A stretch of 32,000 nt of DNA, taken from positions 3,060,001 to 3,092,000 of the forward strand of contig NC_020304.1 of NCBI RefSeq assembly GCF_000341395.1, given 5' to 3'. Shown here one piece after another: positions 26,389 to 32,000 of the stretch. This DNA is from Desulfocapsa sulfexigens DSM 10523 (GTDB lineage Bacteria; Desulfobacterota; Desulfobulbia; Desulfobulbales; Desulfocapsaceae). The notes under the pieces were generated by a model. That model had not been told where the DNA came from. It saw nothing but the letters and a program-made list of their open reading frames with translations, and made no database searches. A program made the translations under genes and the position numbers. The stretch's first letter is position 1; the number at the start of each line of letters is the position of its first letter.

Positions 26389-27663
26389 ATGGACGATATC
26401 GAGAATAAAGAACATCAATGTAACTGTTCCTTCTGTGGAAAAGATCAGGGTGAAGTGGCAAAACTTATCGCCGGTCCTGATGTTTTTATTTGTGACGAGT
26501 GTATTGAACTCTGTAATGAAATCGTTCGTGATGAAGAGGCTGCAGAAATATCTGACAATCAGAATGATCTGGTAAAACAGCTGAAGCCCATGGAAATGAA
26601 GAAACATCTTGATGACTATGTGATTGGGCAGGATTTTGCAAAGAAAGTTCTCTCTGTTGCGGTACACAACCATTACAAGCGCATAGATGCTCCTGTTTCA
26701 GATGATGCGGTAGAACTACAGAAATCTAACATTATTCTTATTGGCCCTACTGGCAGCGGGAAAACACTTGTGGCCCAGACTCTTGCCAGAGTACTGAATG
26801 TTCCTTTTTGCATTGCCGATGCAACGACTCTTACTGAAGCTGGTTACGTTGGTGATGATGTTGAAAACATTCTTGTTAATCTTCTTCAGTCTGCTGATCA
26901 TGATATTGAACGTGCCGAACGTGGTATTATCTATATCGATGAGATTGATAAGATTGCCAGGAAATCAGATAGTGCATCTCTTACCCGTGATGTGTCCGGA
27001 GAGGGCGTTCAGCAGGCTCTGCTGAAAATCATTGAAGGTACCGTCGCGTCCATTCCTCCCAAGGGCGGTCGCAAACACCCACAGCAGGAACTTGTGAAGA
27101 TTGACACCACCAATATACTTTTTATCTGTGGCGGAGCTTTTGTCGGTCTTGATGCCGTTGTCAAAAGAAGAGGTGGTAGGAAGTCCATAGGCTTTGGTGC
27201 CAAAGTTGCTAATGATAAGGATCAGAAGATTGGAGAGATTCTTGAGTTGGTGCAACCTGAGGATCTGTTAAAGTTTGGTCTTATTCCAGAATTGGTAGGT
27301 CGTTTGCCCGTAATTGCAACCATGCGTGAACTTGAGGAAGAAGATCTTATTCGTATCCTGAAGGAGCCTCGAAATGCTCTTACCAAACAGTATCAACGCC
27401 TCTTTGAGCTTGAGAACATCCGTCTTCGTTTCACAGAGGGCGCGCTCTCTGCCATCGCTCAAAAGGCACTGAAACGTAAGTCTGGTGCTCGTGGATTACG
27501 TTCTGTGATGGAAGCGGCAATGCTTGATGTTATGTATGATTTGCCATCAAAAGAAAATGTTCAGGAATGCGTTATCAGTGAACAGGTTATCAATGATGGT
27601 GACTATCCGGTTATCCTGTATGCAAACCCTTCCGAGGATAAACGCCTTGAAAGTGCAGGTTAA
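26389..27663 (+). CDS. clpX: ATP-dependent Clp protease ATP-binding subunit ClpX
   Basis: The ATG at 26389 lies 1 nt after the clpP stop. N-terminal zinc finger CSFCGK...CDEC. Walker A GPTGSGKT, Walker [10 protein letters not shown]. Confidence 0.95.
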   Translation: MDDIENKEHQCNCSFCGKDQGEVAKLIAGPDVFICDECIELCNEIVRDEEAAEISDNQNDLVKQLKPMEMKKHLDDYVIGQDFAKKVLSVAVHNHYKRIDAPVSDDAVELQKSNIILIGPTGSGKTLVAQTLARVLNVPFCIADATTLTEAGYVGDDVENILVNLLQSADHDIERAERGIIYIDEIDKIARKSDSASLTRDVSGEGVQQALLKIIEGTVASIPPKGGRKHPQQELVKIDTTNILFICGGAFVGLDAVVKRRGGRKSIGFGAKVANDKDQKIGEILELVQPEDLLKFGLIPELVGRLPVIATMRELEEEDLIRILKEPRNALTKQYQRLFELENIRLRFTEGALSAIAQKALKRKSGARGLRSVMEAAMLDVMYDLPSKENVQECVISEQVINDGDYPVILYANPSEDKRLESAG

Positions 27664-27696
27664 GTGTTTATTTTGTAATATGTGTCGATTGCAGAA

Positions 27697-27719
27697 GCCG
27701 ACTCGTGTCGGCGATTTTT
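27697..27719 (+). terminator. rho-independent terminator/attenuator after clpX
   Basis: gccgac-tcgt-gtcggc hairpin followed by gattttt. Confidence 0.6.
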
Positions 27720-27743
27720 AACAGAATGTGAGAAATATCCATA

Positions 27744-30140
27744 ATGGAAACCAGTCTATATCCCCTTATGTCGCTTCGTGACATTGTTATCTTCCCGCAC
27801 ATGGTAGCTCCTTTGGTTGTTGGGAGAAGTAAATCTATCCATGCGCTCGAAGACGCCATGGAAAAAAGAACCGAAATTCTCCTTGTTGCTCAGGAAGATT
27901 CAAAGGTTGACGATCCTGAAGAGGGTGAAATATACAGGGTTGGTACTCTTGCAGTTGTTATGCAGCTTCTTCGACTGCCCGATGGGACCATTAAGGCTTT
28001 AATTGAAGGAAAAAGAAGGGCAGAAATCGTCTCTTTTCTTCCCCATGAAGAATTCATGCAGGCCGAGGTGCGTTTGCGTGAAGATACTGATGCAGATGGT
28101 CAGGAAGCCGAAGTCTTTGGCCGCAGACTTCGCACGGTCTTCGAGAATTTTGCTGAAATTAACCGTAAAATACCACGAGAGGTATTGAAGTCAGTCCAGA
28201 AAATCGAAACAAACAGTAAGCTGGTTGATGTTGTCAGCGCTCATTTACCACTGAAGTCAAATGAGAAGCAGGCTATTCTTGAGATTGATTCCGTCCCGAA
28301 AAGAATAGAAAAGGTTCTTGAGTGTATTAATCGTGAAATTGAACTTGCCGAACTTGAAAAGGATATAAACGCCAGGGTAAAAAAACGTATGGGGAAAACC
28401 CAGCGTAACTATTTTCTTGGTGAAAAGGTAAAGGTTATCCAAAACGAAATCGGTCAGAACGAGGATGGTGTAGATGAAATAGGTGAGCTGGAACAGTCAC
28501 TGGAAAAGAAAAATCTTCCCAAAATCGTTCGGGATAAGGCGGTAAAAGAGTTAAAAAAACTTCGTAATATGCCACCAATGTCGGCTGAAACTACTGTCGT
28601 AAGAAATTATATCGATTGTATACTGACCCTTCCATGGAGCAAAAAAACACGCGCTAGACTCGATATTAATAAGGCCGAAAAAATCCTCGATGAAGATCAT
28701 TATGGACTTGAGAAGCCAAAGGAAAGAATCCTTGAGTATCTTGCCGTTCAAGCCCAGGTTAAAAAACTTCAGGGGCCTATAATTTGTCTTGTGGGTCCCC
28801 CTGGTGTCGGAAAGACTTCCATCACCAAATCCATTGCCCGCGCTATGGGACGGAAATTTACCCGTATTTCACTGGGAGGTGTCCGTGATGAAGCAGAGAT
28901 TAGAGGGCACCGAAGGACTTATGTTGGTGCAATGCCTGGTAAAATTATTCAAATGATGCAGAAAGTTGGTGTTGCAAATCCCGTTTTTTGTCTTGATGAA
29001 GTTGATAAAATGAGTACTGATTTTCGTGGTGATCCTTCTTCTGCTCTTCTTGAAGTCCTTGATCCAGAACAGAACAATGCTTTCAATGATCACTATCTTG
29101 ATCTTGATTATGATTTATCTGAAATCTTTTTTATTACCACTGCCAATAACCTTGAAGGGATCCCTTTACCCCTTCAGGACAGGATGGAAATTATCCGCTT
29201 AAATGGATACACAGAAGAAGAAAAACAAAAAATTGCAGAGGGCTACCTGATCCCAAAACAGTTGAAATTAAATGGGTTTAAACCCGATGATATCACTTTG
29301 ACGAGCGGGGGAATTCTTGAAATTATCAGGCGTTATACCCGAGAGGCAGGGGTAAGGAATTTCGAACGTACCATCGCCTCTGTGTTTAGGAAAATTGCCA
29401 GAGAGCGCCTTAAGTCAAAAACGAAATCTAAGAAGTACAAGGTTTCGGTAAATGGCATAAATAAATATCTTGGCACGCCCAAGTTTCGCTTTGGTCTTGC
29501 TGAAGAACGAAATGAGGTTGGCCTGGTAACAGGGCTTGCCTGGACTTCAGTTGGTGGAGAATTACTGCAGATTGAGGCAACCCTTATGCCTGGTACCGGG
29601 AAAATGATGGTAACCGGTAAGCTGGGGGAAGTTATGCAGGAATCTGCTCAGGCAGCACTGAGCTATGTGCGTTCACGAGCAATGCGATTAGGGCTTGCAC
29701 CTGATTTCTATCAGAAACTTGACATCCATATTCATGTACCAGAGGGTGCTGTGCCAAAGGATGGACCATCGGCTGGTGTAACCATGGCAACAGCATTGGT
29801 TTCTGCCATCTTAAAGATTCCCGTCGACCATGAAGTGGCGATGACTGGTGAGATAACACTGCGTGGCAGAGTTCTTCCAATCGGTGGCCTTACTGAAAAG
29901 TTACTGGCCGCCAAACGAGGGAATGTGAAAACCGTCTTGATTCCAAAAGAAAATGAACGCAATCTTGCAGATGTTCCAGCAACCATTCGCAAAAGTTTAG
30001 AGGTTCATTGTCTGGACAATGTTGACCAAGTGTTGGAAAAATCGCTTGTATTAAAAGATGGTGAAACTCTGTTTAAGGATGTGCCGCATTCCTCTGTATA
30101 TAGTGACTTTACACTGTCTTCACATAATAGTCCTCATTGA
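27744..30140 (+). CDS. lon: ATP-dependent Lon protease (LonA)
   Basis: 798 aa with an N-terminal LON domain. Walker A GPPGVGKTS, Walker B FCLDEVDK. Catalytic Ser context PKDGPSAGV and Lys in the ExxxAAxR region (EKLLAAKR). Confidence 0.95.
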   Translation: METSLYPLMSLRDIVIFPHMVAPLVVGRSKSIHALEDAMEKRTEILLVAQEDSKVDDPEEGEIYRVGTLAVVMQLLRLPDGTIKALIEGKRRAEIVSFLPHEEFMQAEVRLREDTDADGQEAEVFGRRLRTVFENFAEINRKIPREVLKSVQKIETNSKLVDVVSAHLPLKSNEKQAILEIDSVPKRIEKVLECINREIELAELEKDINARVKKRMGKTQRNYFLGEKVKVIQNEIGQNEDGVDEIGELEQSLEKKNLPKIVRDKAVKELKKLRNMPPMSAETTVVRNYIDCILTLPWSKKTRARLDINKAEKILDEDHYGLEKPKERILEYLAVQAQVKKLQGPIICLVGPPGVGKTSITKSIARAMGRKFTRISLGGVRDEAEIRGHRRTYVGAMPGKIIQMMQKVGVANPVFCLDEVDKMSTDFRGDPSSALLEVLDPEQNNAFNDHYLDLDYDLSEIFFITTANNLEGIPLPLQDRMEIIRLNGYTEEEKQKIAEGYLIPKQLKLNGFKPDDITLTSGGILEIIRRYTREAGVRNFERTIASVFRKIARERLKSKTKSKKYKVSVNGINKYLGTPKFRFGLAEERNEVGLVTGLAWTSVGGELLQIEATLMPGTGKMMVTGKLGEVMQESAQAALSYVRSRAMRLGLAPDFYQKLDIHIHVPEGAVPKDGPSAGVTMATALVSAILKIPVDHEVAMTGEITLRGRVLPIGGLTEKLLAAKRGNVKTVLIPKENERNLADVPATIRKSLEVHCLDNVDQVLEKSLVLKDGETLFKDVPHSSVYSDFTLSSHNSPH

Positions 30141-30150
30141 TCTTTTTTGC

Positions 30151-30179
30151 TTGACGCCTTTGGGCCTTATTGGTAAATA
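30151..30179 (+). promoter_or_regulatory. candidate sigma70 promoter for the tRNA-Val/tRNA-Asp pair
   Basis: TTGACG, a 17-nt spacer, then TAAATA ending about 20 nt before the tRNA-Val 5' end. Confidence 0.4.
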
Positions 30180-30199
30180 GATGTGCACGATGATTGAGG

Positions 30200-30275
30200 G
30201 GGCGGTTAGCTCAGCTGGGAGAGCATCGGCCTTACAAGCCGAGGGTCACAGGTTCGATCCCTGTACCGCCCACCA
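30200..30275 (+). tRNA. tRNA-Val (anticodon UAC), CCA encoded
   Basis: gggcggttagctcagctgggagagc...cuUACaa...ggttcgatcc...accgcccacca. Canonical 76-nt cloverleaf. Confidence 0.92.
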
Positions 30276-30302
30276 CTCAATATTGTAGACTATGTCTAAT
30301 CT

Positions 30303-30379
30303 GGAGCGGTAGTTCAGTTGGTTAGAATACCGGCCTGTCACGCCGGGGGTCGCGGGTTCGAGCCCCGTCCGCTCCGCCA
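30303..30379 (+). tRNA. tRNA-Asp (anticodon GUC), CCA encoded
   Basis: ggagcggtagttcagttggttagaatac...cuGUCac...gggttcgagcccc...ccgctccgcca. 77-nt cloverleaf. Confidence 0.92.
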
Positions 30380-30387
30380 GATATATT

Positions 30388-30425
30388 AAGGGTTTCAGCC
30401 GAATTGGTTGAAACCCTTTTTTTGT
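30388..30425 (+). terminator. rho-independent terminator after the tRNA pair
   Basis: 10-bp stem aagggtttca/tgaaaccctt with an 11-nt loop, followed by a T-run. Confidence 0.8.
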
Positions 30426-30503
30426 TTTGAGCCTTTTCCTATTCATTTCTTCAAGGAATGCCGGCTATCTCTGATGTCTGGTAGAAAAAACTAGAAAGGT
30501 GGT

Positions 30504-30812
30504 TTAGCCGCGGTGGATTGCGTATATTTTTGAATGCGAGAATTCTACTAATTCTCCAATGTCGACAATCAATTCCATTTGACCTGGGGGACCTTTGTAG
30601 ACATGGTGGGTTGCCGCACCATGGCAGGTGTTCCCAAAATCCGTACTGGAATGAACTTCTATTGTTAGATATTCTGAAAAATCAGTCTCAACACCAACTA
30701 TTTCACCATCATCGGGTAGTCTGGACATATTAACTGTGCCGCTTGCTGAACCTGTGATCATTACACGTGCCTTACGTTCTCTAAGAATTAGATTAATATT
30801 TCTGTATGGCAT
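30504..30812 (-). CDS. hypothetical protein (102 aa)
   Basis: ORF with an AGGAGA RBS 8 nt upstream of the ATG. I recognise no family. Confidence 0.5.
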   Translation of the reverse strand: MPYRNINLILRERKARVMITGSASGTVNMSRLPDDGEIVGVETDFSEYLTIEVHSSTDFGNTCHGAATHHVYKGPPGQMELIVDIGELVEFSHSKIYAIHRG

Positions 30813-31077
30813 TCCGGGGTTCTCCTAAGTTAAAAAATTATTTTTTTCATCTTCAAAAAAAAGGCTGCAAGGCGAGATAGCAGAGTACATTGGTACTAGA
30901 TACTTACAACACCTATTCTGTTACCATGGCTGCTCCATTATTTGTATAGGCGGAATGCTTATTATGCTTTTTATTATACGTTGTCTTGTGAAAATAATTT
31001 GTTGAAACAGTCCGCTTAAAGTGGAGATAATTTTACTTTTGTTCGGCTGACTGTTTAGTTTGATACAACTAACAGGT

Positions 31078-32000
31078 CTACTCCTTCTCGCTGAACTGCA
31101 GAACAAGATCCTGAAAACTTTCTGGTGATGAGAGGCAGGTCCGTCCTTCACTGCATCTACTGAGGAGAAAGCAAAAATCGAGAAATTCATCAATTAATCG
31201 AGTCTTTGCTTTATTCTTATGCTGAATAACATAGAGTTGTCGCAGCATATCCACTCCATCGAGATGGATTTTCTGGAGCCAGCCACGATTGATTGCCCTG
31301 CATACGGTCAGACTTGAAAGGCAGCCAACCCCTGCACCAGCTTCAACAGCCTTTTTAATAGCCTCAGTATGACCTAACTCCATCACCACGTTGAGGTCTG
31401 TTACATACTTACCAAGTTTGCTTTTGAATATTTGGGCTGTTCCTGATCCCGCTTCACGCATTACCCATTTGAATTTTTTTATGTCGGTTGTGACATCACA
31501 GACTTCTTCTGGTTCTGTGTTTTTGGTACAGCGAGTGATAAGAACAAGTTCGTCTTGAAACCAGGGGGTTACGGCAACCTGTTCGTTGTTCACCTCACCT
31601 TCTACAAAGCCCAGGTCAACTGCACGGTCAATAATTAGTTTTTCTGCTGTTTTGGTATTATAAACCAGCATATTGAAATGAACATCGGGATGCATACTTT
31701 TAAAAGCTGTTATCAGATAGGGTAAGACGTAGTTACCTATAGTAGAACTGGCCACCAGATTCAGAGAACCTGCAAACTGACCATCCTTCTCATTCATCAA
31801 GCTGTCGAGGTCTTCTAATTTGTCGAGTATTTCTCGGCTGAGGGGAAGAAAGTACCGGCCTCTGTCGTTTAGTTCCAGGCTTCTTCCAGAACGATCAAAC
31901 AGTGACCCACCAAGCTGATTTTCCATTTCATTCAAGGCAAGGCTCACAGCCGATTGAGTAATAAAAAGGCTCTGAGCAGCTCTCGTGACTTGACCTGTTT
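31078..32000 (-). CDS. LysR-family transcriptional regulator (5' end beyond window)
   Basis: The reading frame stays open past the track start at 31947 to the window edge, where it encodes the LysR HTH (…AAQSLFITQSAVSLALNEMENQLG). The remainder is a typical LysR substrate-binding domain. Confidence 0.85.
   Translation of the reverse strand, partial: TGQVTRAAQSLFITQSAVSLALNEMENQLGGSLFDRSGRSLELNDRGRYFLPLSREILDKLEDLDSLMNEKDGQFAGSLNLVASSTIGNYVLPYLITAFKSMHPDVHFNMLVYNTKTAEKLIIDRAVDLGFVEGEVNNEQVAVTPWFQDELVLITRCTKNTEPEEVCDVTTDIKKFKWVMREAGSGTAQIFKSKLGKYVTDLNVVMELGHTEAIKKAVEAGAGVGCLSSLTVCRAINRGWLQKIHLDGVDMLRQLYVIQHKNKAKTRLIDEFLDFCFLLSRCSEGRTCLSSPESFQDLVLQFSEKE

Noticed and set aside
30504-30812. PilZ-domain assignment for the 102-aa hypothetical protein
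   Set aside because: RERKAR and NMSRL only loosely resemble the RxxxR and D/NxSxxG motifs, and the spacing and residues do not fit. Left as hypothetical.
1-32000. CRISPR arrays, IS elements/transposases, integrases, prophage or known defence-system genes
   Set aside because: I saw no regularly spaced repeats, no transposase or integrase-like translations, and no long terminal inverted repeats. The only notable repeat is the 26-nt terminator hairpin pair reported above.

Overview
This looks like a chromosomal window from a roughly 45% GC Gram-negative genome. PEP-CTERM proteins, DUF4388, an FmdE-linked ABC importer and the tig-clpP-clpX-lon block fit a Desulfobacterota-like anaerobe, but the sequence alone cannot establish the taxon. 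Housekeeping blocks are acnA (98-2818), a minus-strand dsbA-like/phoH/ybeY-pdxJ operon followed by tRNA-Leu(UAA) (20618-23829), tRNA-Leu(UAG), tig-clpP-clpX-lon (24349-30140), tRNA-Val and tRNA-Asp, and a partial LysR regulator at the right edge. Between them lies accessory-looking DNA: a FecB/FecCD/FepC-type ABC importer with an FmdE-family gene (3124-6679); two paralogous PEP-CTERM proteins in inverted orientation; a SHOCT protein next to a decayed multicopper oxidase; a DUF1566 protein; a cNMP-binding/DUF4388 protein; a metallophosphoesterase; and a Tat-signal M15 peptidase. The most interesting locus is a compact minus-strand operon (14214-18506). It encodes a LicC-like cytidylyltransferase, a CobD/HisC-fold PLP enzyme, a CDP-alcohol phosphatidyltransferase, an ATP-grasp ligase and a 39-aa Lys-rich ORF, a combination I do not recognise as a characterised pathway. 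I saw no CRISPR array, IS element, integrase or rRNA. All calls come from reading the translations and sequence by eye. ORF-track coordinates are reliable, while hand-placed small features (tRNAs, hairpins, promoters) may be off by 1-2 nt.
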